The translations under genes and the position numbers were made by a program. DNA of 64,000 bases from an uncultured Holophaga sp. (lineage in GTDB: Bacteria > Acidobacteriota > Holophagae > Holophagales > Holophagaceae): contig OY761614.1 in assembly GCA_963664825.1 (NCBI GenBank), positions 832,001 to 896,000 on the forward strand. The letters are read 5' to 3'. The notes under the pieces are model-generated. The model was given only the letters and a program-made list of their open reading frames with translations. It had not been told where the DNA came from and searched no databases. Positions 9,740-19,077 of this stretch are shown piece by piece; the stretch's first letter is position 1, and every line of letters begins with the position of its first letter.

Positions 9740-11200
9740 TCAGTTCAACCGGACGATGAGGTCATTGGAGCGATCGGCCAGGAGGATGCCCCCCTGGCGG
9801 TCCAGGGCGATGGCGCGGAACTTCCCGTTCAAGCCCAGGGCCTTGAAGGTGGCCTGTCTCAGCAGGGCCCCATCGGGACCCCAGAGCACCACGCCTTCGA
9901 AGTCCCCGTCTACGATAGCCGCCACATGCCCGGTGGGATCGGCGCAGAGGGAGAGCACGTATTTGAAAGAGGACGGGAGTTCCTTGCCATAGGGCACCGT
10001 GAGCCGGGGCTGGCCGGTGGCATCCAGGAATAGCAGGCTGCGGTTGGCGTCGGAGGCCACCACGGCTCCGCCCGTGGGCAGGGCGGCCATGGCGTTGGCG
10101 GCCGGGGAGGGCAGGTTGCGGGTGCTGCCATCCCCGGCCAGGACCGTGATGGAGGCGGCCTTGGCATCGCTCACCCAGAGGTTCTGCCAGCCATCCAGGA
10201 AGGCGCCGGTGGGCGCCCCAAGGCCAGGGATGGGGACGGGAGGCGCCCCCTCCTCGCGGAGGACGCCCAGCTTGGTCACCAGCCAGGGAATGCCCGAGGG
10301 GGTGAGGGCCATGGTCCGGGCGCTCTTAGCCAGGACTCCGGCCGGGAGGAGTTCGCCGCCCTTCAGCAGGAAGGCCCGGTCCAGATCGTCCTGGTAGATG
10401 AAGAGTTCGCCCTTGGGGCCCGTGGCCAGGAGGGTGGGCGTCTTGAGCCACTTGGTGCGCCCCTGGGGCCAGGGGCCCTCGGATTTCAGTCCCGGTCTCT
10501 GGAGGCGGTGCCTGACCCGCACGGCGATGCGCCATTGGGCTTCCTGGGCCTCGGGGCTCTGGGGGAACTGGGTGAGGATCCCCTGGAGGAGGCGTAGGCA
10601 GCCAGGCAGATCGCCCATCACATCCAGCAGTTCTCCGGCCTGGAGCTGAGCCATGGGGGCCACGGGAGAGGTGGGATCCTGGCGCAGGACCTCGGTGAAG
10701 TGCTGGAGGGCCCGGACCCACTGGCCCTGGAGCCGAGCGGCGAGGCCCAGCTGGTAGCGGGCGGCGGGCACGGCGGGATGGTTGGGGAAGAGATCCACCA
10801 CCCGGTTGAATTCGCCGATGGCCTCCCGGAGATCCTGGGGCTTCCGGGCCTGGGAGGCGAGGATCTGGCCCCGCAGCAACAGGGCATCGGCGACCAAGGG
10901 AGCCTTGATGTACTCCGCCTTGAGGCGCTCCAACAGGGGAAGCGCGGCATTAGGCTTGCCTTCCACGTCCAGTTGATGATGGGCCATGCGCAGCAGAGCC
11001 TGAGCGCAGAAGGGCGATTTGGGCGCCTGGACCAGCAGCTGGTTCCAGGTTTCCAGAGCCTCCGCGTAGGACTTGGCGCCGTAGGCCCGCTCTCCCGACC
11101 GGAAGAGCCCTTCGGCCAGATCCCCATCCTGGGCACCGAGGGTGACGCAGACCGCCAGCACCAGGGTGAGGGCGCGGATCCGAGAGAAGGACAGGGGCAT
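9740..11200 (-). CDS. Secreted TPR (BamD/YfiO-like) plus NHL beta-propeller protein
   Basis: Signal peptide; TPR helices (FPNHPAVPAARYQLG); NHL-like LWVSD, IALDRQGGILLADRSN. Confidence 0.7.
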   Translation of the reverse strand: MPLSFSRIRALTLVLAVCVTLGAQDGDLAEGLFRSGERAYGAKSYAEALETWNQLLVQAPKSPFCAQALLRMAHHQLDVEGKPNAALPLLERLKAEYIKAPLVADALLLRGQILASQARKPQDLREAIGEFNRVVDLFPNHPAVPAARYQLGLAARLQGQWVRALQHFTEVLRQDPTSPVAPMAQLQAGELLDVMGDLPGCLRLLQGILTQFPQSPEAQEAQWRIAVRVRHRLQRPGLKSEGPWPQGRTKWLKTPTLLATGPKGELFIYQDDLDRAFLLKGGELLPAGVLAKSARTMALTPSGIPWLVTKLGVLREEGAPPVPIPGLGAPTGAFLDGWQNLWVSDAKAASITVLAGDGSTRNLPSPAANAMAALPTGGAVVASDANRSLLFLDATGQPRLTVPYGKELPSSFKYVLSLCADPTGHVAAIVDGDFEGVVLWGPDGALLRQATFKALGLNGKFRAIALDRQGGILLADRSNDLIVRLN

Positions 11201-11254
11201 GGGGGCCTCAAAAGAAGGAAGGGATCTGATCCGATTCTAGTGCAACTCGCGCCT

Positions 11255-13942
11255 TCAGTTCTCGATGGCGCGCAGAAGCTGTTCCATGGGATAGGGTTTG
11301 AAGAGCGTGCCCTCCACCCAGGAGGCTTCAGCCAGGGAGCCCACGTCACGGCTGGCGGTGGAGAAGAACACGGCCCGGCAGCGCCCCTGGTTCCACTGCT
11401 GTTCGAGCCAGGTGACTAGGTCGCCCTCCCCATCCTGGGCCTCCGAAATGACCAGATCCACCGGGGAGGCCTCCAATAGGCTCCCGGCCTCCCCGCGGCC
11501 CCCGGCCTCTCGAATCTGCCAGCGTCCCGCAGCGGCCAATGCGGAGACCAGGCGCTTGCGGAAGAAGGCACTGGGCTCCAGCAGCAGAATGCTCTGGACG
11601 GGGGGCTTCCGGTTCAGTTCGGCCTCCGTGAGCCCGAGGTGGAGCAGGCTCTGGCGCGCCGCGCTCTTGAGGCCCAATCCCGAAGCCCTCAGGAAGACAC
11701 TCCGCACGGGTTCCACCAATTCCGGATGGCGCGTGAAGCCTCCGATCTCACAGAGATGGGCCAGTTCCTTCCAGTCGGTGCTCTGCTTCCCCAGATCCAG
11801 GAGCACCATTCGGGCCAGACTATTGGCCAGTTCCGGACGGATGATGAATTCGGAATCCGCCAGGGACTCCCGCAGGGCCAGCAGGGCCTCGGCCCGCCGA
11901 GGGCCGCTGCTCGGGATCTTATGGATCTGGCTCTGGATATCGGATTCCTTCTTGGCGAGCAGGCCCAGGCTGGCGCTGCGCCGCCCCAGTTCCTTCACGA
12001 CCCCGGCCACGGCTTCATTGCTCTCGTGGTCCCAGGTCTCCTTGGTGCGCATATCGAAGAGGAAATCCGAGAGCCGATCCTTCAATTTGTCGTAGGCGCC
12101 CTGATCGAAGGTATAGAGGTCCTGCATGGCCAACATGGCCGGGAGGCGCTGTCCTTCGCCTTCCCGCTCATCGCAGCAGCGCTCCACCAGGGCCAACAGC
12201 GCAGGCACATGCTCCGGCGGCAGGGGATGCTCGAATCCGGGGAAGGCCGCCAGGGTGCCTTCGAGGCAGAGGATGAGCACCTGCGGGTGTTTGAGTTGGG
12301 GGGCTTTCTGGAGCAACCCCAGGGAGGCCTGAGGCTTGTTCAAGAGGCCCAGGGCCCGCACCAGGCTCAATTGAAGCGCCAGAGGCTTGCCATCGTGCAG
12401 CAGTTCGAGGAAGGTCGGGAGGGCTTCCGGGCTGCGAATCTGCGCCAAGGCGTCCACGGCCTCCACCAGGAGTTCGTCCCGCTGGTCCTTCTGGAGGAAG
12501 GCCAGGAGCGGAGCGGCGGCAGCGCGGGTCTGGTTTTCGCCGAAGGCCCAGATGGCCCGGCGCACCTGCTCGGGATGGCCCGATTCGAACTGGGCCATCA
12601 GGGAAGGCACGCTGCTGGGGAGCTTGCCCAGATGGTGGCTGGCCAGCTGCCCCACCTCCACGATGGAATCCTGCATGGCCTTCAGGAAGAAGGGCGTGAA
12701 GGCGTCCTCCTCCCGGCTGCCGATGGCATCGATGCAGTGCTGACGCCGCCGGAGTTCAGGCTCGGCGAGGATCTCGTCGAGCAGGGCCTCCTCGGTGGCC
12801 GGCACAAAACGGAGGAAGGCGTGGATGAAGGCATCCCCCCCCAGCCGCAGGCGGAAGGGACCCGCCAGGGCCGGGATGACCTCCTCGGCCCTGGCCAGTC
12901 CCACATCCACCCGCCGCGCTAGGCCTTCCGCGGCCTGGTCGAGGGTGGCGTTGAGACGATCCTGGCGGGCCTCTGCGGCCTCGAGGCTCTCGGACTGGAA
13001 GGCCGAATAGCGGGCGACCTTGTTCTCCAATAGCAGCCCCAGGGCCTCGATGAGGAAGGCTTCCCGGACACCCTGCTGGGCGGCCCGGAAAGGATCCAGG
13101 AGGGCCGTGGGATCCTGTTCCTCGGAAGGCTTGGCTAGAGCCTCCGAGAGCGTGCGCAGGGGCTCGGGGAGCCGCTTTCCAAAGGCTTCGGCGAGCAGCC
13201 CGAAGAACTCGTCCCGGGCGTTGCCCCGGGCCATGTTGTGGATCTTCCGGAGGAGTTCCAGGAGCGCATGGTTGTCCTGCAACTCCCCGGTGCTCCGCTC
13301 CGCCAATGCGGCGAGGAAATCCGTGGCCTCGGGACCGGGAATCCCCGCCAGGATCCGGAGGGCCAGGTGGCTCACCATCTCATCGCTATTCTGCTGGGCC
13401 TCGATGAGCTCCGGCAGATCCTTGGCCTCGGCCAGGGGCGCCAGCACCCGGGCCCCCTGCACGGCCAGCCGGGGATTCCCTGAACCCTCCAGCAGACGCC
13501 CCAGGTAGTGGGCGAAGGGCTGGGAAGCCTGATAGAGAGTGAGTTCCCGGGTCAGGATGGTCTGGCGATCCACATCGAGCCGGGCCTTCTGGAGTTCCAG
13601 GAGGGCCTGGAAGGCCTCCCGGGTACCCAACAACCCCAGGGCAGCGGACCCCTCGTCGAAGATGCCCAGGTCTCCTTCCAGGAGCAGGGCCTCCCGGATG
13701 AAGGGGACCCATTCCGGCCAGTCGAAGCGGGCCACCAGGGAGAGCAGCAGGCGGCGCAGGCCCTTGGGGGCAGCGCCGGGAGCCAAGAGCGGGCCCAGCA
13801 CAGGCAGGGCCTGCTTCCGGAGGCTCTGGAGCCCGTGGGTCAGACGGACGGGAAAGCTGCTGTCTCCATCGGCAAATTCCCCCAGAAGGGCGCGCAACGC
13901 GTCCAGGGGAGTGAGCGGGGCGACACGGGGAAGGATCGGCAT
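11255..13942 (-). CDS. HEAT-repeat protein with C-terminal atypical receiver domain
   Basis: HEAT-like VRRAIWAFGE, EAVDALAQI; C-terminal ILLLEPS..DLVISE..KPY. Confidence 0.7.
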   Translation of the reverse strand: MPILPRVAPLTPLDALRALLGEFADGDSSFPVRLTHGLQSLRKQALPVLGPLLAPGAAPKGLRRLLLSLVARFDWPEWVPFIREALLLEGDLGIFDEGSAALGLLGTREAFQALLELQKARLDVDRQTILTRELTLYQASQPFAHYLGRLLEGSGNPRLAVQGARVLAPLAEAKDLPELIEAQQNSDEMVSHLALRILAGIPGPEATDFLAALAERSTGELQDNHALLELLRKIHNMARGNARDEFFGLLAEAFGKRLPEPLRTLSEALAKPSEEQDPTALLDPFRAAQQGVREAFLIEALGLLLENKVARYSAFQSESLEAAEARQDRLNATLDQAAEGLARRVDVGLARAEEVIPALAGPFRLRLGGDAFIHAFLRFVPATEEALLDEILAEPELRRRQHCIDAIGSREEDAFTPFFLKAMQDSIVEVGQLASHHLGKLPSSVPSLMAQFESGHPEQVRRAIWAFGENQTRAAAAPLLAFLQKDQRDELLVEAVDALAQIRSPEALPTFLELLHDGKPLALQLSLVRALGLLNKPQASLGLLQKAPQLKHPQVLILCLEGTLAAFPGFEHPLPPEHVPALLALVERCCDEREGEGQRLPAMLAMQDLYTFDQGAYDKLKDRLSDFLFDMRTKETWDHESNEAVAGVVKELGRRSASLGLLAKKESDIQSQIHKIPSSGPRRAEALLALRESLADSEFIIRPELANSLARMVLLDLGKQSTDWKELAHLCEIGGFTRHPELVEPVRSVFLRASGLGLKSAARQSLLHLGLTEAELNRKPPVQSILLLEPSAFFRKRLVSALAAAGRWQIREAGGRGEAGSLLEASPVDLVISEAQDGEGDLVTWLEQQWNQGRCRAVFFSTASRDVGSLAEASWVEGTLFKPYPMEQLLRAIEN

Positions 13943-14018
13943 GCTTCATTGTCTTCGGACAAGGGCGGCCTGGGAATGAACCTCGACATCTTTTCATTGA
14001 AGAGCCGAAGGTCTAGCG

Positions 14019-14771
14019 TTGTGGAATGCACCTCCCTGGCCTGGCACTCCGCGGACTTCAGGCCCTCCCTGGGGAGGCCTAGTGTCGCTCCTCCGGAATC
14101 TCTGGCGAGGGGCCTTTTGGCCCACCCGCACCTTCGGGCAACGGGCCCTGGAGGCCCCCCCCCTCAGGGCTTCCCTGGGCACCCTCCTCCTGCTCAGGAC
14201 GCCCCTGGCCTTGGCCTCCATGGCCCTGGGCTACTGGGGCTTCCGCAGGACCTGGGGCGAATTCCTGAGGCCAGAAGGCGGGTTGGCGGAGTGGATCGGA
14301 TCCCAGGCTCTGCCCATCAATCCCGAAGATTGGCGGAAAATCTGCGCGGAGTTGCCGACCCTCCCGGGGCTAGGCCGGGTCCTGCCTTGGCTGGTCCTGC
14401 TGGCCCCCTTGAGCGTCCTGAGCCTCTGGCTGCACGATGCGGTGTGGGATCACGGCTGCCTCTGGATGCTGGGAGGGGTGAAGAGGCATTCTTTTCGGGC
14501 CACCCTGATCGCCGAGGCCGAGGCCCTCTCGGTGGGTTCCATCGGCGCCGCGGCGGGTTTCCTGGGCTACTTGCCCCACCTTGGCTGGGTGATCTGGGTG
14601 GCTATCGCGGTCTGGTTCTGGATCCTGCGGGGCTTCGCCCTGGCGGCCTGGCACCATTGCCCCGTCTGGAAAGCCATTGCGGCCACCCTATTCCACGCGG
14701 TGCTGGCTGCGTGCTGCCTGGCGGTCCTGTTCGGACTCTGCGCCACTGTGCTCACCATGGCCTTGGCGTGA
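14019..14771 (+). CDS. Yip1-like membrane protein
   Basis: WPTRTF motif followed by about 5 TM segments; LGG..SFRATL. Confidence 0.55.
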   Translation: MWNAPPWPGTPRTSGPPWGGLVSLLRNLWRGAFWPTRTFGQRALEAPPLRASLGTLLLLRTPLALASMALGYWGFRRTWGEFLRPEGGLAEWIGSQALPINPEDWRKICAELPTLPGLGRVLPWLVLLAPLSVLSLWLHDAVWDHGCLWMLGGVKRHSFRATLIAEAEALSVGSIGAAAGFLGYLPHLGWVIWVAIAVWFWILRGFALAAWHHCPVWKAIAATLFHAVLAACCLAVLFGLCATVLTMALA

Positions 14772-15151
14772 AGACCGGGCCCCGCACCCCCTGGCTGGCC
14801 CTGACGATCCTCGGGGCAGCCCTCGGATGCATGTGCCTGGCCTGGGCGGTGGGGACGCTGCATCTCCAGCCCCCACGCTGTCAATTCAAGGCGCTATTCG
14901 GGATTCCCTGCGCCACCTGCGGGGGCACGCGCTGCGTCTTGGCCCTCACGGGAGGGCATCTGGGGGAGGCCTTCCACTGGCACCCGGTACTAGCCCTCCT
15001 GGGTATCCTCTCCCCCCTGGCGCTCCTATGGGATCTGCGCCGGGCCTGGCGGGGAGAACCCTACCCTTTGCCCTCCGGGAAATGGGCCCCCCTGACCGCG
15101 GCGACCCTGCTGGCCGCCACTTGGCTCCTGCAACTAGCGCGAGGCCTTTGA
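14768..15151 (+). CDS. DUF2752 family membrane protein
   Basis: CQFKALFGIPCATCGGTR..EAFHWHP. GTG start overlaps the upstream TGA (3' part of ORF 13508..15151). Confidence 0.85.
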   Translation: MKTGPRTPWLALTILGAALGCMCLAWAVGTLHLQPPRCQFKALFGIPCATCGGTRCVLALTGGHLGEAFHWHPVLALLGILSPLALLWDLRRAWRGEPYPLPSGKWAPLTAATLLAATWLLQLARGL

Positions 15152-15190
15152 TCGGGGCATGATGGTTCCACGTCCCTTTGGAGACTCCCA

Positions 15191-15550
15191 ATGCCCTTCC
15201 AGGATATTCTGGACCGTTTGATCGAGCGGATCCCGGAATCGATCGCCGCCAGTTTCAATGACAAGGATGGGGAACCCATCTGCGCGCGCACCATCGAAGT
15301 CCCCAATGATGCCCTCCAACTGCTGGGCGCCTACCGCAATGTGGTCAAGCGCCATCTGCAGCAGGCCGTGGAGGAATTCGACAAGGGCGAGATCGAACAG
15401 GTGGCCTTCTGCACGGATCAGCATTGGATCCTGATGATGGGCGCCGCGGAGCAGTGCTCCCTGGTGGTGGTCATGCACCGGGAGGGCATCCTGGGGCGCG
15501 CCCGCTTCGAGATGGGCCAGGCAATCGAAATCCTGAACCGGGAGCTCTAG
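15191..15550 (+). CDS. Roadblock/LC7 (MglB-like) protein
   Basis: 119 aa; DKDGEPI..; LVVVM..GILGRARFEM. Confidence 0.75.
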   Translation: MPFQDILDRLIERIPESIAASFNDKDGEPICARTIEVPNDALQLLGAYRNVVKRHLQQAVEEFDKGEIEQVAFCTDQHWILMMGAAEQCSLVVVMHREGILGRARFEMGQAIEILNREL

Positions 15551-15591
15551 GGGCCCGTTGAACATCCGTTAAATTAAATCAAGGAGGAACC

Positions 15592-17040
15592 ATGGCGCGA
15601 TTCATGGGCTTGGTAGGTGTGCTGGTCTTTCTGAGCCTGGCATTCTTGATGTCCCGGGACCGGAAATCCATCCACTGGCGCACCATCGGATGGGCCCTGA
15701 CGCTCCAGTGGATCTTCGCCGTGATCGTCCTCAAGGGCGATCTCATTTCCGGAGGCCTCACCCATCTCCTGCCCTGGCCGGGTATCTGGCTCCACCCGGG
15801 CCAGCCCACCATGAAGTTCGTGGGCCTGGGCTGGATCGTGCTGCTGCTCATGTTCACGCCCATGCTGCTGAAGCGCTTCGCCGCCTACCAGAACAAGCGG
15901 CTGAACTGGACCATCTTCGGCGCGGTCGTCTTCGCCATGCTCTGGGGCAACCTGGTGGGCAAGACCTTTAGCACCATGCGCCAGGTGGTGGAGCACCTCA
16001 TGGCCTTCGCCAAAGAGGGCGCCACCTTCGTCTTCGGGGACCTGGCCAGTGGCGCAGGCGCCACCGTCATGGGCCCCAATGGCCTCAACGTGGGCAGGCT
16101 GGGGATGGTCTTCGCCTTCGTGGTGCTGCCCACCATTATCTTCGTGGCCAGCATCTTCGCAGTGCTCTACTACATGGGCATCATGCAGTGGGTGGTAGGC
16201 GCCTGCGCGAGGGCCATGGGACGCCTGCTGAAGGTGTCCGGCGCCGAGAGCGTGAGCGTGGCCGCCAGCGTCCTCATGGGCCAGACCGAAGCCCCCCTCA
16301 CCATCCGGCCCTACCTGCCCAAATTCACCCGCAGCGAGCTCATGGTCATCATGACGGCGGGCATGGCCCACGTATCGGGATCGATCATGGTGGCCTACGT
16401 GCAGATCGCCCATGTGGATATCGTCCATCTGCTCACGGCCGTGATCATGACGGCGCCGGGCGCCATCATGATCGCCAAGATCATGGAACCCGAGACCGGC
16501 ACCCCTGAAACCGCAGGAACAGTGCAGGTCAATATCCCCTGCACGGACGCCAATGTCCTGGACGCCGCCGCCCGAGGCGCGGGAGAGGGTGGGAACCTGG
16601 CCTTCAACGTGGCCGTGATGCTCATCGCCTTCATCGCCCTGGTGGCCCTGATCAACGGCCTCCTCAAGGCCGTGCATCCGGGCCTCTCCATGGAAGCCAT
16701 CATGGCCGTGGTATTCAGACCCTTCGCCTTCCTCATGGGCGTGCCCTGGCGGGAATCCGGCATCGTCGGCGCCCTGCTGGGCAAGCGCATGGTCATCAAC
16801 GAATTCGTGGCCTTCATCGAGCTGGGCAATCTGCCCCTCCTGAGCGCCAAGGCCAAGCTCGTGGCCACCTTCGCCCTCTGCGGCTTCGCCAACTTCTCCA
16901 GCATCGCCATCCAGATCGGCGGCATCGGCGCCCTCATCCCCGAGAGGCGCGGCGATCTCGCCCGCCTGGGCTTCCGGGCCATGATCGCCGGCACCCTGGC
17001 GAATTTCCTCAGCGCCTGCATCGCCGGCGTGCTGACCTAA
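15592..17040 (+). CDS. nupC: Concentrative nucleoside transporter (CNT/NupC family)
   Basis: VSGAES, MGQTEAPL, NEFVAF, FALCGFANFSSIAIQIGGIG; strong AAGGAGG RBS. Confidence 0.93.
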   Translation: MARFMGLVGVLVFLSLAFLMSRDRKSIHWRTIGWALTLQWIFAVIVLKGDLISGGLTHLLPWPGIWLHPGQPTMKFVGLGWIVLLLMFTPMLLKRFAAYQNKRLNWTIFGAVVFAMLWGNLVGKTFSTMRQVVEHLMAFAKEGATFVFGDLASGAGATVMGPNGLNVGRLGMVFAFVVLPTIIFVASIFAVLYYMGIMQWVVGACARAMGRLLKVSGAESVSVAASVLMGQTEAPLTIRPYLPKFTRSELMVIMTAGMAHVSGSIMVAYVQIAHVDIVHLLTAVIMTAPGAIMIAKIMEPETGTPETAGTVQVNIPCTDANVLDAAARGAGEGGNLAFNVAVMLIAFIALVALINGLLKAVHPGLSMEAIMAVVFRPFAFLMGVPWRESGIVGALLGKRMVINEFVAFIELGNLPLLSAKAKLVATFALCGFANFSSIAIQIGGIGALIPERRGDLARLGFRAMIAGTLANFLSACIAGVLT

Positions 17041-17088
17041 ACCGGGAAGCCCGTTTCCAGCCAGGCCAGCGGTTCTACCGTTTCAGCT

Positions 17089-17153
17089 CTCACTGCTCTC
17101 ACTGCTCTCACCGTTCTCACTGGTTCCAAGACTTCACCGGTGAGGACAGTGAG
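17089..17153. repeat. 9-nt periodic repeat array with inverted arm
   Basis: ctcactgct-ctcactgct-ctcaccgtt-ctcactggt ... accggtgag-gacagtgag, between convergent genes. Confidence 0.75.
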
Positions 17154-17203
17154 AAAAAGAAAGAGGGCAGCGTGTGGGCGGAGTGGATGTTCTCCATCCC
17201 CCA

Positions 17204-18025
17204 TCACGCTCCCAATTTTTTCAAGGGCGCGGGCAGGCGCTCGGAGGCCATGTGGGCCCAGACCATCTGGCAGAACCAGAGGGCGGTTCGGAAGCGCTCC
17301 AGCACATTGAGCCTGGCCTGGAGCCTGAGGATGCGAAGGGCGGGATCCTGCGTGGGCGCAGCGCTCCGCTCGAATTCCAGCATCCTCAGGGCACTTCCGT
17401 TCAGGTGCTGGGCCAGGGGCTTCCAGCTGCGGGCGAGCTGGGGAGCCTGGGCATCGGCCAAGGCGGCGGCACCCCTAGCCAGGGAGCCCCAGCCCCGGTA
17501 ATCCAGCCCATCTACCGCCAGGAGATCGAAGAGGGACCAGGGCAGATCGCTCAGGTCCTGGGAACGCAGCTCGTTCCGCCGGAACGCGAGCAGGACCATG
17601 CGGGAGGTGATGGCCGAACCTCCGGGCTGGACGAGGCCCTGGCGGACCAGGAGGGTCTGCCAACGCACCCATTGGTCCAAGACCGCCTCCTCCATGGTCT
17701 GGCAGGATTCGTCGTGCAGCATGGAGGCCAGGAAGCGCCCCTCGGCCGTCCCTTGGGAGGGCATGAGGTAGAAAGCGGCCGAGGGCCCTTCGGGCCTGAG
17801 GGCCGCGTAGATCCCGGCGAGATCCCGCTCCAGATCCTGGAGGGCGGTCTCGATCCGGGGGCGCAGCGGCCCGTAAGCGGCCCGGGCCTGGGCCACCCCT
17901 TCGGGCAGAAAGGGCAACTCGATGGCCCGGTCCTGGACCGTGATCTCGATTCCAACAGCCCGAGGCCCTGGCGGTGGCGTTGCCGGTGCCCCCAGCAGCA
18001 GGCCGAGCACGAGGAAAGAGGGCAT
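17204..18025 (-). CDS. Hypothetical exported protein
   Basis: Signal-peptide-like N-terminus; starts 1 nt after the EamA gene stop. Confidence 0.6.
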   Translation of the reverse strand: MPSFLVLGLLLGAPATPPPGPRAVGIEITVQDRAIELPFLPEGVAQARAAYGPLRPRIETALQDLERDLAGIYAALRPEGPSAAFYLMPSQGTAEGRFLASMLHDESCQTMEEAVLDQWVRWQTLLVRQGLVQPGGSAITSRMVLLAFRRNELRSQDLSDLPWSLFDLLAVDGLDYRGWGSLARGAAALADAQAPQLARSWKPLAQHLNGSALRMLEFERSAAPTQDPALRILRLQARLNVLERFRTALWFCQMVWAHMASERLPAPLKKLGA

Positions 18026-18026
18026 C

Positions 18027-18914
18027 CTAACCTCCCATCACCACCAGCCCCACGCCCAGGCTCAGCAGGATCACCGCCAGGATCTTGGGCAGGCCAATGG
18101 GTTCCTTGAAGATGAGGCGGCCGAACAGGATGGCGCCCACCATGCCGATGCCCCGTTTGAGGGTCTCGATGAAGCCCACCGGGGCGATGCGCAGGGACTC
18201 CAGCTGGATGGCAAGAGCGGCCGAACCGATGAGCGCCGCACTGACCAAGAGGGCCGGATGTTTGAAGAGCACCTTCCCGGCCTCCCCCAGGGCCGGCCCC
18301 TGGCCCCGCAGGAGCAGGATCGCGCCCAGCAGCAGGGCCACGCCAGCGGTGATGGCCGGGGCGTACCAGTAGCCCGCCCCGCGCTGCAAGGCCACCTGGT
18401 CGATGACGGCCGTGAGGCTCCAGAGGAAGGCCGCCAGGGCCATGCGGCGCACGCCAGGATCCCTGCCATAGGCCTTGAGCCCCGGCCACTGGGCGCTCTT
18501 GAGGCCCAGGGTGAAGGCCCCCGCCACCACCAGCGCCACGCCGCCGATCTGGAGATGGGTGGGGGTCTGGTTCCGCAGGCACCATCCGATGAAGGTGGTG
18601 CCCACGGGCGTGAAGCTGAGCAGGGGGATCGTGAGGCTCATGGGGCTGAGCCGCAGGGCCTGCATGAAGGCCAGCAGGCCGCCCAGGTTCAGGATGATGG
18701 AAAAGGCCATGGGCACGAGGCTGGCGCGGGGGAGCAGGATGGGCCCGGTGCTGGCGGCCCAGGCGCAAAGCAATGGCACCTGCATCAGGGGCAACCACAC
18801 GGTCAAAAGCGTAGGCAGCACCTTCTGGGACAGCCCCTTGCGGACCACGTCGAAGAGCGTCCAGCCGAGAGCCCCGAGGAGCGCGAGGGTGAGGCCAAAG
18901 GAAGTGACGGTCAT
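18027..18914 (-). CDS. EamA/DMT family transporter
   Basis: About 10 TM in two repeats; LSPMSLTIPLLSFTPV; LFGRLIFKEP. Confidence 0.88.
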   Translation of the reverse strand: MTVTSFGLTLALLGALGWTLFDVVRKGLSQKVLPTLLTVWLPLMQVPLLCAWAASTGPILLPRASLVPMAFSIILNLGGLLAFMQALRLSPMSLTIPLLSFTPVGTTFIGWCLRNQTPTHLQIGGVALVVAGAFTLGLKSAQWPGLKAYGRDPGVRRMALAAFLWSLTAVIDQVALQRGAGYWYAPAITAGVALLLGAILLLRGQGPALGEAGKVLFKHPALLVSAALIGSAALAIQLESLRIAPVGFIETLKRGIGMVGAILFGRLIFKEPIGLPKILAVILLSLGVGLVVMGG

Positions 18915-19077
18915 GGGGGATCCTTGGCTCCAGAATAGGCGAGCCTCGGGAAAGCTTCGTTGCCATTCCGTCACAGGGTTGGTTTACCTTGGAAGTTGGC
19001 CAGAACCGATCCTGACCCTTCGGCCATTCGCCCCAGGTCATCCTGGATCTCCATTCGCCCGTGACGGGAAGGGTTCC

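Noticed and set aside
11238..11258. Sigma-54 promoter (minus strand aggcgcgagttgca)
   Set aside because: GG-to-GC spacing is 8 nt, not the required 10.
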